64,000 nt of DNA, taken from the NCBI GenBank assembly GCA_021775915.1, contig JAJFGW010000047.1:32282-96281 (forward strand), written 5' to 3'. The notes under the pieces are model-generated. The model was given only the letters and a program-made list of their open reading frames with translations, was not told where the DNA came from and ran no database searches. Numbering within the stretch: the first letter of the stretch is position 1; every line of letters starts with the position of its first letter. A program made the position numbers and the translations under genes. Positions 37,839 through 48,382 of the stretch are shown one piece after another. This stretch comes from Alphaproteobacteria bacterium. Lineage in GTDB: Bacteria; Pseudomonadota; Alphaproteobacteria; Micavibrionales; Micavibrionaceae.

Positions 37839-38552
37839 CTATAGTCTCTTAAAAATCAAATAACTCATACGGCTTGAGCCTTTGGCGCCTTTTTGTTCGT
37901 AGCGGGTTTTTATCCAGCCGGGCGGAGTTGTATGACAGTCTTTGGCGCTTTCAGGCGTTTGGGTAAAAGACGGGTGCGCGGTTGCTGCCTCCAGCATCCA
38001 TTCGGCCAGGTATTCTACGTCGGTGGACATGATGAGTTGTCCGCCGGTTCTTAGAATACGAGCAAACTGATCGAGATTTTTAGGGCTTATAATGCGGCGC
38101 TTATGGTGCCGTGCCTTATGCCAGGGGTCAGGGTTCAGGACGTAGATACCATCCAGGCACTCATCGCTCAGGGAATTAGCAATCATCATCGCATCATCCA
38201 TTAATACCCGGACGTTATCGTGCGGCTTGTCTTTGATGTCTTTCAGGAAGGCCGCCATGCCGTTGACGAAAGGCTCGGCGCCTATAAAGCCGTAGTCCGG
38301 GTGGTCGTGCATCAGAGCGGTCAGATGCTCGCCGCTACCAAAACCAATTTCCAGCCAGACGGCTGAAGTAGGGTCGTTAAATAACTCCTGGGGCGGAAGG
38401 TTGGCTTTTTCCGTTAGCTTGTCTGATGGAATTTGCAAAACAGGCAGCAATTCATCAAGCGCTACCTGCCGCTCTTTATTGAGCGGGCGACCAGTCCTGC
38501 GACCATAGACACGTTTTGTATTTTGTTTACCCAATGACCTTCTGCAGTGCAT
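37839..38552 (-). CDS. trmB: tRNA (guanine-N7)-methyltransferase
   Basis: Has [11 protein letters not shown] and [14 protein letters not shown]. The start is uncertain: the ATG at 38552 gives a 26-nt overlap with metK, and the TTG at 38534 gives an 8-nt overlap. Confidence 0.8.
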   Translation of the reverse strand: MHCRRSLGKQNTKRVYGRRTGRPLNKERQVALDELLPVLQIPSDKLTEKANLPPQELFNDPTSAVWLEIGFGSGEHLTALMHDHPDYGFIGAEPFVNGMAAFLKDIKDKPHDNVRVLMDDAMMIANSLSDECLDGIYVLNPDPWHKARHHKRRIISPKNLDQFARILRTGGQLIMSTDVEYLAEWMLEAATAHPSFTQTPESAKDCHTTPPGWIKTRYEQKGAKGSSRMSYLIFKRL

Positions 38553-39753
38553 CAACGAGATCAAGTTTTTCCCATGAAAAACCACCATCGGAGTCTGGCG
38601 CGCGACCAAAATGTCCGTACGAAGCGGTGCGGGCATAGATAGGGCGGCGCAGTTTCAGATGCTGTATGATACCGCGCGGACTTAGATCTATTGATTTTGT
38701 AATAGCGTTTACAATGACATCTTCCGGTACTGTTCCGGTGCCGTGGGTGTCAACATAGATAGACAGTGGCTTGCTAACGCCGATAGCGTAGGAGAGTTGC
38801 ATGGTACATTTTTCAGCATAGCCGGAGGCAACAACATTTTTTGCAACATAACGCGCGGCATAAGCAGCGGAGCGGTCAACTTTTGACGGGTCTTTACCGG
38901 AGAAAGCGCCGCCGCCGTGAGGGCAGGAGCCGCCGTAAGTATCAACGATAATTTTCCGGCCTGTCAGCCCGGCATCGCCAACCGGCCCGCCAATAACAAA
39001 GCGCCCTGTTGGGTTAACGTAGAATTCATCTTCCGGGCACATCCAGCCTTCCGGTAAAACGTCGGTGACATGAGGGCGTACCATTTCTCGTATGTCTTCT
39101 TGTGTCAGGCTTTCATCATGCTGGGTCGAAACAACAACAGATGTTGCACGGACAGGCATACCGTTACGATATTCCAGAGATACTTGTGATTTAGAGTCAG
39201 GCCCCAATTTCCCCAGCGCCCCTGAGTGGCGGGCTTCAGCCAAAGAGTGCAGGATTTCATGAGAGAAGTGGATGGCCGCAGGCATTAAGGCTTCGGTCTC
39301 GCGGCAAGCATAGCCAAACATAATGCCCTGGTCGCCAGCGCCTTCATCTTTGTTTTCACCGGCGTCGACACCTTGCGCAATGTCAGTAGATTGTTTGTGA
39401 ATTTTGACATCAACTTCAATATCTTTCCAGTTAAAGCCTTCTTGCTCATAGCCGATATCTTTTATTTTTTTGCGCGCAATCTCTTCGAGGTCTTCGTGCG
39501 TTATGCTGTCAGGCCCGCGTGTCTCTCCGAATATGCCGAGATAGTTCGTTGTCGCCAGACACTCAATAGCGGTGCGGCAATTGTCATCTTTGGTCATGTA
39601 GTGGTCAAGGAGGGCGTCAGAAACTTGGTCGCATAGCTTGTCCGGGTGGCCTTCGGAGACAGACTCACTGGTGAAAACAAAATCTTTAAGTGTTGACGTG
39701 TCTAATGCTGCTTCTTCTGCGTATGCTGATTTTTTTTGTGTCATTGTAGTCAT
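38527..39753 (-). CDS. metK: S-adenosylmethionine synthetase
   Basis: Has [17 protein letters not shown] and [16 protein letters not shown]. Confidence 0.95.
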   Translation of the reverse strand: MTTMTQKKSAYAEEAALDTSTLKDFVFTSESVSEGHPDKLCDQVSDALLDHYMTKDDNCRTAIECLATTNYLGIFGETRGPDSITHEDLEEIARKKIKDIGYEQEGFNWKDIEVDVKIHKQSTDIAQGVDAGENKDEGAGDQGIMFGYACRETEALMPAAIHFSHEILHSLAEARHSGALGKLGPDSKSQVSLEYRNGMPVRATSVVVSTQHDESLTQEDIREMVRPHVTDVLPEGWMCPEDEFYVNPTGRFVIGGPVGDAGLTGRKIIVDTYGGSCPHGGGAFSGKDPSKVDRSAAYAARYVAKNVVASGYAEKCTMQLSYAIGVSKPLSIYVDTHGTGTVPEDVIVNAITKSIDLSPRGIIQHLKLRRPIYARTASYGHFGRAPDSDGGFSWEKLDLVDALQKVIG

Positions 39754-39852
39754 GGCCCCACCTCATTTGCGATTCATTGATAGACAAAAGCTCGTTAAGC
39801 CTAGCATAATTCGTTAACGGTGCAAGGGAAGAAAGGCGCAGGCAACGAGTTA

Positions 39853-40284
39853 TTAATGATCAGGCCGCATGTTGGAGGCCATTGTTTTGATCATTTTGAA
39901 TAGATCTTTGCGTAGCTTGGGATCCGGGATGGAATAATATTCCCTGATTAGATCAAGGGTTTCCTTTTTATCAAGAACATCAGTGTCGGACGTAAACCCT
40001 TCTTGTTCATTGTCAGCAAGCCCGAAGCTCGGTGTGTCGCCACCGGGCTTTTCATTATAATGTTCAAAGAAGTAAGATATTGAAGTGTCCAGTATCTTGC
40101 TGAACTGCCAGAGGCGGCTGGCGCTGACTCTGTTTGTACCGCGCTCATATTTTTGAATTTGTTGGAATGTTATGCCAACGGCATCAGCCAGCTTTTGCTG
40201 GCTCATTCTCATCAAAGAGCGCCGGGAACGTAAACGCCCTCCAACGTAAATATCAACAGGATTAGGTTGTTTTTCTTCGCTCAT
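39853..40284 (-). CDS. XRE-family helix-turn-helix transcriptional regulator
   Basis: Has the HTH MSQQKLADAVGITFQQIQKYERGTNRVS. Confidence 0.75.
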   Translation of the reverse strand: MSEEKQPNPVDIYVGGRLRSRRSLMRMSQQKLADAVGITFQQIQKYERGTNRVSASRLWQFSKILDTSISYFFEHYNEKPGGDTPSFGLADNEQEGFTSDTDVLDKKETLDLIREYYSIPDPKLRKDLFKMIKTMASNMRPDH

Positions 40285-40400
40285 TATTTTCTGACTACAC
40301 TCGTATGTTAAAAATATTAAATATGACGCTACAGTCTGTTACATATGCATGCATAGCAACTTTTTTCAACTAACCTGAAGTATTAGTTCTTATTTGTCTT

Positions 40401-41969
40401 TCAATTTTTGTTTGTACTGCGCCCATGTATTTGAAAACAAAAGGATAATATTAAAAGAAAACACAGGGTAACAAAAAACAAGATGTCTTTAAAATGAGTG
40501 TAAGTTGTTATATAGGGTTTTTTTTGAGGAAGAACAGCATTTTCTGCTGATTTTTTTGATAAATCGACCTGGTAGGTGATTCGCCCTACCGGGTCGATTA
40601 TTCCGGAGATACCTGTATTGGCGGCACGAATAACCGGAAGGCCTTCCTCTATGGCCCTGAATTGTGTTTGGGCAAAATGCTGGCGTGGCCCGGCGCTATC
40701 ACCATACCAGGCATCATTTGTGACATTGACGATAAAATCAGGTCTGTCAGTTTTTTCCGTTACAGCACCCGGAAAGATTACTTCATAGCAGACGAGGGGG
40801 CTAAAAAGGCCGATGTCTGGGAGCATTGTGTTTTGCGGGCCTTTACCTTGTTCAAAACCGGAAAATTTTACAAAAGGTTTTAAAGGTAGCCATTTTTGCA
40901 GTGGGATATATTCGCCAAAGGGCACCAGATGCGATTTGTTATAGCTGGCGATAATGTTCAGCTTACTGTCAAAGCTGACAAGGCTGTTGAAATGTTTTTT
41001 ATGTTCGCCCTCATATTGGTAACGCAGAACGCCGGAGAGTAGATAGACTGGCTTTTCGTAGCCGGAAAGCATTGTCTTGATAGCGGCAGCGGCATGTTCG
41101 TTTTCCAGCACATAGTCAGAGATAGCTGTTTCCGGCCATATAATAATGGTGTTCACAAGGCGGTTAACTTGCTGTGCTTCTGATAATGCTAAAAGTTTTC
41201 GCAAATTGTCCGTTGATTTTTCCGGGTTCCATTTGTCTGTTTGTGGAATGTTTGGCTGGACGAGTTTGATAATAACATCATTTCTGATTTCTGTAGGGTT
41301 GGCTTTCATGCGCTTCTGGCCGTAATAGTAGCTTCCGCCCATGGTTAAAATTAGCGCGGTCAGCATAATAAATTTAAAGGCTTTTCTTTCTTCTCCTATA
41401 ATGAGGAAGCCGGGCAAGGTTGCCCATAGGCAAGTAAGCAGTGACAGCCAGTAGATGCCTCCGATAGCTGCTAGCTGTGCTATGGGTAGGGTTTTTGCCC
41501 AGCTATAGCCGTATAAATTCCAGGGAAACCCCGTAAGTATATGGCCGCGCAACCATTCGAAAAGCATTATGGCGCTAACAAAAATAAGAAAACCGCTAAA
41601 ACTTTTTAAGCTGCTAAAGCGCACTGTTAAGGCGCAGGCCGTTGCCGTAAAAAGAGCCAGTAACGCGGGAAGCCCGGCGACAGCAAAAGGCCAGGCCCAG
41701 ATAAATTTATTACCTTCAACGAGTAAGGCGTTACCAATCCAGCTCAGGCTGAAAAGAAAATAGCCAAATCCGAATAACCAGCCGTAAGCAAAGGCCGTGC
41801 GGGTTTTTGTTGCGGACGATAAAACTATATAGAAAGCGCTAAACCCCAGAAATAGAAAGGGCCACAGGTTCAATGGCGCCAGTGCGGGGACTATGATAGC
41901 GCCCGTTACAAACGCAGCGGCCATTCGTATAAGAGGAGGCCATGTGGAAATGGAAGTTACAGATATCAT
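40401..41969 (-). CDS. lnt: apolipoprotein N-acyltransferase
   Basis: Has a polytopic N-terminus plus a CN-hydrolase domain (IIWPETA..., VCYEVIFP). Confidence 0.85.
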   Translation of the reverse strand: MISVTSISTWPPLIRMAAAFVTGAIIVPALAPLNLWPFLFLGFSAFYIVLSSATKTRTAFAYGWLFGFGYFLFSLSWIGNALLVEGNKFIWAWPFAVAGLPALLALFTATACALTVRFSSLKSFSGFLIFVSAIMLFEWLRGHILTGFPWNLYGYSWAKTLPIAQLAAIGGIYWLSLLTCLWATLPGFLIIGEERKAFKFIMLTALILTMGGSYYYGQKRMKANPTEIRNDVIIKLVQPNIPQTDKWNPEKSTDNLRKLLALSEAQQVNRLVNTIIIWPETAISDYVLENEHAAAAIKTMLSGYEKPVYLLSGVLRYQYEGEHKKHFNSLVSFDSKLNIIASYNKSHLVPFGEYIPLQKWLPLKPFVKFSGFEQGKGPQNTMLPDIGLFSPLVCYEVIFPGAVTEKTDRPDFIVNVTNDAWYGDSAGPRQHFAQTQFRAIEEGLPVIRAANTGISGIIDPVGRITYQVDLSKKSAENAVLPQKKPYITTYTHFKDILFFVTLCFLLILSFCFQIHGRSTNKN

Positions 41970-41996
41970 TCGTTTGCTTTAAAGGGAGTTGCCGCC

Positions 41997-42962
41997 CTAA
42001 AGCAAGGGAATATTTTTGATGCGAAGGCGGTTAACACGGCGCGGGTCTGCGTCAAGAATTTCAAAAACCATACCGGATGGGTGAGTCAGGATTTCTCCGC
42101 GTGCCGGCACACGGCCAGCCAGAGCAAATACCAGTCCGCCCAGTGTTTCAATATCGTCTCTTTCTTCTGCGCTGAGGAGTTGTCCGTATTTTTCTTCAAA
42201 CTCTTCAATATCCAGCCGGGCGTCGGCCAGCAGGGTGCCGTCATCATTCTTTATAATTTGAGGCCGGTCGTCCTGATCATATTCATCTTCAATCTCGCCG
42301 ACGATTGATTCTATGACATCGTTGATCGTGACCAGCCCGTCAATACCACCAAACTCATCAACAACAAGAGCCATATGTTTGCGTATTTGCTTCATCATAA
42401 GAAGCAGGTCAAGAACCTGCATCGACGGAGAAACAATGGGTGCTTCGCGAATAAGCTCTTTAATATTGTCTATGTTTTTGTCGTTGGCAAAGAAGCCCAT
42501 AATATCTTTGATATGAATGGTACCGATAATATTATCCAGCGATTCTTGATAAACAGGGATGCGGCTATGTTGTTTTTCGGATAGGAGCGATAGAAGCTCT
42601 TTTTGTGATGTATTGACATCTATGGCGAATATATCGGCGCGCGGAATCATAACATCGACAACGGTATGTCCGCGCAGTTTTAGAATATTGGCAATCAGGG
42701 AGCGTTCATGTGCCGTTACGGAAGTGACTTCCACATCGCCATTCTCAGCATCTTCGATATATTCTTCAAGGGTTTCGCGCAGGGTCGAATCGTTCCCGCT
42801 CTTCACAATGTTTTTTATCCATTGAAAGGGTAGCGTGGCCAGCGAGGATTTCCCATTTTTGTTCTCTTTACGGGGGGGCTCATCGCCCTTCCTACTTGAA
42901 GGCTCTTCGTTATCTTCGGTTATTTCAGTCATTCTCAACATATTATCTACAACTATTACCAT
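41997..42962 (-). CDS. corC: CBS-pair / CorC_HlyC domain protein (TlyC/CorC-type)
   Basis: Has CBS domains (VVDVMIPRADI..., IPVYQESLDNIIGTIHIKD) and the C-terminal transporter-associated domain. The exact start Met is uncertain. Confidence 0.8.
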   Translation of the reverse strand: MVIVVDNMLRMTEITEDNEEPSSRKGDEPPRKENKNGKSSLATLPFQWIKNIVKSGNDSTLRETLEEYIEDAENGDVEVTSVTAHERSLIANILKLRGHTVVDVMIPRADIFAIDVNTSQKELLSLLSEKQHSRIPVYQESLDNIIGTIHIKDIMGFFANDKNIDNIKELIREAPIVSPSMQVLDLLLMMKQIRKHMALVVDEFGGIDGLVTINDVIESIVGEIEDEYDQDDRPQIIKNDDGTLLADARLDIEEFEEKYGQLLSAEERDDIETLGGLVFALAGRVPARGEILTHPSGMVFEILDADPRRVNRLRIKNIPLL

Positions 42963-43543
42963 TATGCCACAAAATTTATATCAGAATAAGGATTTTCAAT
43001 ACCTGCTTGTTTTAAAATAATGATCTCAAGAGACTCCATTTCTTCGGCGTCAATGGTGGTTTCATGGTCATAGCCTAGTAAATGCAGCGTGCCATGCACA
43101 ATCAAATGCGTAAAATGATCCTCAAGACTCTTATTTTGTTCTTTCGCTTCCTGTGTGATGACGCCATACGCCAATATAATATCCCCCATGGTTAGCAAAT
43201 TATCGGCTGGAATGTCTTGCTGAAAATCAATTTGGGGAAAAGAAAGTACATTGGTAGGCTTGTCTTTGTCCCTGTATTCCTTGTTCAGATTCTGGATAAA
43301 ACCATCATCGCTCAGGACAATGCTGATCTCTCCCGTTTTATCTTTGATGGCGGGGAAGGGGGTGCTCTTTTCAATGGCGGCATGGACGGCACGATTGATC
43401 GTAGCTTCAATATCAAAACCGCATTTTTTCCAGCCGGGAAATTCTGTCGCTATGTCGATTTCCAGTAAAATATCAGGAGCCTTTTTTATTCTTTGCGTCG
43501 TATGCCTCGATGATTTTAGCGACAAGTTTGTCACGAACAACAT
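42962..43543 (-). CDS. ybeY: rRNA maturation endoribonuclease YbeY
   Basis: Has the zinc motif HLIVHGTLHLLGYDH. The start is uncertain: the ATG at 43543 overlaps phoH by 71 nt, and only ATT or CTG codons are available after the phoH stop. Confidence 0.8.
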   Translation of the reverse strand: MLFVTNLSLKSSRHTTQRIKKAPDILLEIDIATEFPGWKKCGFDIEATINRAVHAAIEKSTPFPAIKDKTGEISIVLSDDGFIQNLNKEYRDKDKPTNVLSFPQIDFQQDIPADNLLTMGDIILAYGVITQEAKEQNKSLEDHFTHLIVHGTLHLLGYDHETTIDAEEMESLEIIILKQAGIENPYSDINFVA

Positions 43544-44423
43544 CTTTGGTGGTGAAATTAATAAACTCAATACCTTCGGTACCCGCGAGAGTATCAGCCG
43601 CGGTGACCAGTCCTGAAGGACTGCCGTCCGGTAGGTCTGTCTGGCTGGCATCTCCCGTAATAACCATATGCGCATTTTCTCCCATGCGGGTCAGGAACAT
43701 TAACATTTGCATGTTGGTCGTATTTTGCGCCTCATCAAGAATAATGAAGGCGTTGCTCAATGTACGTCCGCGCATAAAGGCCAGTGGCGCGATTTCAATT
43801 TCTTCGCTTGCCAGCTTTTTCTGTATTTTATCTGCGGCCATAGTGTCATGAAGCGCGTCATAAAGCGGGCGCATATAAGGGTCCATCTTCTCCTTCATTT
43901 CGCCGGGCAGAAAGCCTATTCGTTCCCCAGCCTCTACGGCGGGGCGGCTGAGTATAATGCGTTCGATAATGCCATCATCCAGCATGGAAACAGCCATGGC
44001 CACAGCCAGATAGGTTTTGCCGGTACCGGCAGGGCCAAGAGCAAAAACGAGCTTGTTGTCTTTCATCGCCTGGATATAGGCGGCTTGTAATGGAGAACGG
44101 GGCCGAATTTTCTTTTTCTTTGTAACAATTTGAGTTTCTGACTCGCTAAAGCTTTGCAGGCTATTGCCGTTGGTTTCCTGGGGCTGCTCCTCAAGGAAAC
44201 GAATGGCTGATTTGACCGTGTGCGGCGTGATAGTTTGTCCTTGCTCTAGCCTGGACCAAAGGGCCTCTAAAACCTGCCTTGCATGGCCTGCATCATTACC
44301 ACTTATCACAATCTCATTGCCACGATTGACAATTTGAACGTTCAGGGCCTTTTCAATTTTTTGGAGATGGGCATTCTGCTCGCCGTAAAGGACGGAAACC
44401 AGACGGTTGTCCTCAAAGCTCAT
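43473..44423 (-). CDS. ybeZ: PhoH/YbeZ-family ATPase (copy 1)
   Basis: Has Walker A GPAGTGKTYLAV and ILDEAQNTT, plus an N-terminal KH-like segment. It sits in the canonical position next to ybeY. Confidence 0.88.
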   Translation of the reverse strand: MSFEDNRLVSVLYGEQNAHLQKIEKALNVQIVNRGNEIVISGNDAGHARQVLEALWSRLEQGQTITPHTVKSAIRFLEEQPQETNGNSLQSFSESETQIVTKKKKIRPRSPLQAAYIQAMKDNKLVFALGPAGTGKTYLAVAMAVSMLDDGIIERIILSRPAVEAGERIGFLPGEMKEKMDPYMRPLYDALHDTMAADKIQKKLASEEIEIAPLAFMRGRTLSNAFIILDEAQNTTNMQMLMFLTRMGENAHMVITGDASQTDLPDGSPSGLVTAADTLAGTEGIEFINFTTKDVVRDKLVAKIIEAYDAKNKKGS

Positions 44424-44522
44424 ATGCTCCTGATGTGTCTTTTTTGTAATATTTAGCCTCTTTTCCTCAGATACTCTTAATTATCTCAGAATAAAGGTTA
44501 ACAGACAATGTATGGACTATGG

Positions 44523-45491
44523 TTATTTTGGTGTAAACTTCTCATAGGCCTTAACAATATCGGCAACAACAGGGTCGCGTTCGATGTCGTCAGAAGAAAA
44601 CTCATGAACAGCTAGCCCTTTAACGTTTTTAAGCTTTTCCAAAGCATCGGTAAGACCGGATTTTACATTGTCGGGCAAATCGTTCTGGGTGATGTCACCT
44701 GTAATAACGACTTTTGAGTTTCTGCCTATTCTGGTCAGGAACAATTTCATCTGTTTATCTGTCGTATTTTGGGCCTCATCAAGCACAATGAAAGCGTCTT
44801 TAAGCGTACGACCTCTCATAGTAGCAAAAGGGACAATTTCAATCTCTTTGTGTGCGATCAGGTTATCGACAGCTTTACTGCCCTTGAACTCATAAAGAGC
44901 ATCGTAGAGAGGAATTAAATAGGGGGCGACTTTTTCTTCGATATCGCCCGGCAGGAAGCCGAGCTCTTCTCCTGCATCCACGGCAGGGCGAGTTATGACG
45001 ATTTTCTTAAATGTAGCGTTGTTGTTTTCAAAGGCGTGAATAGCGGCAGCGACAGCCAGATATGTTTTGCCAGTGCCGGCAGGGCCAATACCGAATGTAA
45101 CCCGGTTATTAAATATTTTTTTGAGGAATAGCGGCTGTGATTTACCGCGAGGTTCTACTTTTGCTTTGTTCTTCATAATAAGAGCGGTCTTACTAGGCTT
45201 TTCCGAAGGTGTATTATCTTGTTCGGGGGATATTTTTTGAAGTATCTCGTTTATGATGTCTTCGGTGATTTCGTTCTTGTATTCGTCTTCAAAAGTAAGT
45301 GCTTCTATAGCATGTTTAGCGAGCATGCGTTTCTTTTTATTACCCCCGCTAATGTTAATATTGTAATCTTCGGCGTCTATATTTATGTTAAATCTTGTCG
45401 CTATTTGCTTAAGGTGGGCACCATCCGGGCCATAAATATTTGCTAGATTGGCATTTTGTGGGATGCTTATTCCTAGATTTTTTTTAGACAT
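44523..45491 (-). CDS. PhoH/YbeZ-family ATPase (copy 2, tandem paralog)
   Basis: It has the same architecture and motifs (GPAGTGKTYLAV, VLDEAQNTT, ITGDITQNDLP) but is clearly diverged from copy 1. Confidence 0.85.
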   Translation of the reverse strand: MSKKNLGISIPQNANLANIYGPDGAHLKQIATRFNINIDAEDYNINISGGNKKKRMLAKHAIEALTFEDEYKNEITEDIINEILQKISPEQDNTPSEKPSKTALIMKNKAKVEPRGKSQPLFLKKIFNNRVTFGIGPAGTGKTYLAVAAAIHAFENNNATFKKIVITRPAVDAGEELGFLPGDIEEKVAPYLIPLYDALYEFKGSKAVDNLIAHKEIEIVPFATMRGRTLKDAFIVLDEAQNTTDKQMKLFLTRIGRNSKVVITGDITQNDLPDNVKSGLTDALEKLKNVKGLAVHEFSSDDIERDPVVADIVKAYEKFTPK

Positions 45492-45526
45492 TTACAGCTC
45501 TTTTCTACGCAGATGTTTATTACAAA

Positions 45527-46870
45527 TTATTCTGCCAGTTCCCCTGTCAGTGAATTGGCCTGCCCGTCTCTTACCATAACCTTATATAGATTGCCATATT
45601 TATTTTCAGGGGCCTCAACGTGAATAGACTGGTTATAGGGGGTGCGTCCGTGTAATTGCCCGTCTCTGCTGCCTTTGCGGTCAAAAAGGACGGGCATAAT
45701 TTTTCCTACACAGCCCTGATTAAACGCAATTTGCTGTTCATTGAGCAGGGTTTGGAGCCTCTGGAGGCGCTCTTTTTTGACGTTTTCATGGATTTGCCCC
45801 TGCATATTGGCCGCCGGTGTGCCGGGGCGGGGGCTGTATTTGAAGGAATAGGCGAAGGCATAGGTGACATCGCGCACAATTTGCAGCGTATCTTCGAAGT
45901 CCTGATCTGTTTCGCCGGGGAAGCCGACAATGAAGTCGGATGACATAGCAATATCAGGGCGGGCTTTCTTAACGTCGGCGATAATATCTCTGTATTTATC
46001 AGCTTTATGTTTGCGGTTCATGGCTTTTAGGATGTTATCAGAACCGCTTTGGATCGGTAAATGCATGAAAGGCATAAGTTTGGGGATGTCTCTGTGGGCA
46101 TCTATTAATTCCTGTTCCATATCACGTGGATGCGATGTGAGGTAGCGGATGCATTCAAGCCCGTCTATTTCCGCAAGCTGGGCAATAAGGCTGCCTAGTT
46201 TGTGCGTTTTGCCGTCTTTTCCAGTGCCGTGATAGGCATTTACATTCTGGCCGAGTAGGGTGATTTCGCGCGCCCCTGCTTTAACCAATACTTTAGATTC
46301 TTCTATTATCTCATTGACTGAACGTGAAAATTCAGTTCCGCGTGTGTAAGGTACGACGCAGAACGTACAGAATTTATCGCAGCCTTCCTGAACTGATAAA
46401 AAGGCGGTGACGCCTTGATTGTCGTTTTCCTGCGGCAGGTGGTCGAATTTGGACTGTGTAGGCATCTCTGTGTTCACAACCCGCTCACCTGTGGCTTTCA
46501 TCACCATTTGCGGTAGCTCATGATAGGTTTGCGGGCCGAATACCATATCGACATAAGGTGCGCGCTCCATGATGAAGTCGCCCTCGGCCTGCGCCACGCA
46601 GCCAGCCACGGCCATTAATGTTCTGCCGCCCTCGGCTTTCTTGCTCTCCATATGGGTGCGCAGACGGCCCAGCTCTGAAAAGACCTTGTCCGTGGCTTTT
46701 TCACGGATATGGCAGGTGTTCAGGATAATCATGTCGGCGCCTTCGGGGGCGTTGACAGGTTTATAACCCAGAGGTGCCAGCACATCAGCCATGCGGTTAC
46801 TGTCATAGACATTCATCTGACAGCCCCATGTTTTGATGAAGAGCTTTTTGGTGTTTGTGTTCGTTGTCAT
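45527..46870 (-). CDS. miaB: tRNA-2-methylthio-N6-dimethylallyladenosine synthase
   Basis: Has IKTWGCQMN and the radical-SAM CDKFCTFC motif, plus a TRAM-like C-terminus. Confidence 0.92.
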   Translation of the reverse strand: MTTNTNTKKLFIKTWGCQMNVYDSNRMADVLAPLGYKPVNAPEGADMIILNTCHIREKATDKVFSELGRLRTHMESKKAEGGRTLMAVAGCVAQAEGDFIMERAPYVDMVFGPQTYHELPQMVMKATGERVVNTEMPTQSKFDHLPQENDNQGVTAFLSVQEGCDKFCTFCVVPYTRGTEFSRSVNEIIEESKVLVKAGAREITLLGQNVNAYHGTGKDGKTHKLGSLIAQLAEIDGLECIRYLTSHPRDMEQELIDAHRDIPKLMPFMHLPIQSGSDNILKAMNRKHKADKYRDIIADVKKARPDIAMSSDFIVGFPGETDQDFEDTLQIVRDVTYAFAYSFKYSPRPGTPAANMQGQIHENVKKERLQRLQTLLNEQQIAFNQGCVGKIMPVLFDRKGSRDGQLHGRTPYNQSIHVEAPENKYGNLYKVMVRDGQANSLTGELAE

Positions 46871-46917
46871 AGGGCGCTATAAACCATGTTTACGGGCAAG
46901 GAAGCAAGCATTTACGC

Positions 46918-47859
46918 ATGGCAAAAACAATTTTAGCATTAACGAGTATGTACCCTCTGGGGTTTGAAAATCTGGAACCTGATTTTGAAATTATTCGGCT
47001 GTGGAAAGAGAAAGATCCAGAAGCAGCCATTCATGAGCGCAGGAATGATATTGTCGCCGTTGTTGCCACGGCGGGACGGGCGGTGAGCCGTAAGTTGATT
47101 GAAGCGCTGCCTAATCTGGAAATTATCGGTAATTTTGCTGTCGGGACGGATAATATTGATCTGGTGGCAGCGCAGGAGCGCGGGGTTATTGTGACCAATA
47201 CGCCCGATGTTCTGACGGCAGACACGGCCGATACGGCAATTGCTCTGTTATTGAGTGTTGCGCGCCGCGTGGTGGAAGGTGATGCTTATGTTCGTATTGC
47301 CAAGTGGCTCAACGGCCCTTTGCCTTTGGGGGCCAGCCTTGGTGGAAAGACAGTCGGTATTGTTGGGCTGGGTCGTATTGGACAAGCCATTGCCAAAAGG
47401 GCTGTCGCGTTTGATATGGATATTGTTTACCATGGCCGGTCGGAGAAAGAGGATTTGCCTTACCGCTTTTATCCGCAATTGATTGATATGGCAAAAGACT
47501 GCGATTTTTTGGTGCTGTCCTGTGCGGGCGGTGAGGACACAAAACATATTGTGAATAGCGCAGTGTTAGAGGCTTTGGGGGCTGACGGCTACCTGATTAA
47601 TGTGGCGCGCGGTTCTGTAGTCGATGAAGAGGCTTTTTTAATCGCACTGCGTAATAAAACTATTGCAGGGGCGGGGCTAGACGTTTATGAAAACGAACCA
47701 CATGTGCCTGAAGCGCTTTTTTCTATGGATAACGTTGTGCTTTTGCCCCATATAGGCAGCGCAACGGTCGAAACCCGTAGTAGGATGGGGCATCTGGTTA
47801 TAGACAATATTCAGGCGCATTTTAAAGGCGAGCCTCTTAAAACACCGGTTACAGCATAG
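46918..47859 (+). CDS. D-isomer-specific 2-hydroxyacid dehydrogenase (glyoxylate/hydroxypyruvate reductase-like)
   Basis: Has the NAD fold GIVGLGRIGQAIAKRA and the catalytic ARG...E...PH(I/L)GSAT pattern. Confidence 0.8.
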   Translation: MAKTILALTSMYPLGFENLEPDFEIIRLWKEKDPEAAIHERRNDIVAVVATAGRAVSRKLIEALPNLEIIGNFAVGTDNIDLVAAQERGVIVTNTPDVLTADTADTAIALLLSVARRVVEGDAYVRIAKWLNGPLPLGASLGGKTVGIVGLGRIGQAIAKRAVAFDMDIVYHGRSEKEDLPYRFYPQLIDMAKDCDFLVLSCAGGEDTKHIVNSAVLEALGADGYLINVARGSVVDEEAFLIALRNKTIAGAGLDVYENEPHVPEALFSMDNVVLLPHIGSATVETRSRMGHLVIDNIQAHFKGEPLKTPVTA

Positions 47860-47863
47860 TGAA

Positions 47864-48355
47864 GTGATGAGATATATAGTTTTAACATCTGTTCTTATTG
47901 TCCTGATGGAAATCAGCGGCGCCGCGTGGGCGTCCTCCTCTTGTTACACGCAGGCAGAGGCAGAGGCAGAGCAGGGAATTCGTATTCACAGCGAGTTGAT
48001 GGTGATTGGCCTCAATTGCCAAAATATGCATTTTAAAGACGGCACAAACCTGTATTTGAAATACAGAAACTTCACGCAGGAAAATGTTGATATTTTTGCC
48101 GGTTATGAAGACAGGTTAATGGCATATTACAAAAAGCGCGGTGATAAAGATCCTGAGGCGTCTTTGAATACGCTTAGGACGTTGCTAGCCAATAATATTT
48201 CCAATAGCGCCGCGCGTATGAAGCCTGATCAGTTCTGCAACCGTTATGTAGGCAGGATTTTCAAGGCCTCTAGTATGGATGGTGGTGCCATTAAAAAATG
48301 GGCGGGAACTATTTATCCTTCACACCCGGTTTCAAATCCTATCTGTGAACAATAA
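47864..48355 (+). CDS. hypothetical secreted protein (4 Cys)
   Basis: Has a signal-peptide-like N-terminus (LTSVLIVLMEISGAAWA). No domain was recognised. The ATG at 47867 is an alternative start. Confidence 0.5.
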   Translation: MMRYIVLTSVLIVLMEISGAAWASSSCYTQAEAEAEQGIRIHSELMVIGLNCQNMHFKDGTNLYLKYRNFTQENVDIFAGYEDRLMAYYKKRGDKDPEASLNTLRTLLANNISNSAARMKPDQFCNRYVGRIFKASSMDGGAIKKWAGTIYPSHPVSNPICEQ

Positions 48356-48382
48356 GCTCTATTCAGAGGAGAATTTTTAGAT

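Noticed and set aside
39754-39852. Possible SAM riboswitch (SAM-II or SAM/SAH type) in the 99-nt metK leader
   Set aside because: I read the leader on the minus strand and could not find the conserved cores or pseudoknot arrangement of either class. An Infernal scan would be needed, so I make no claim.
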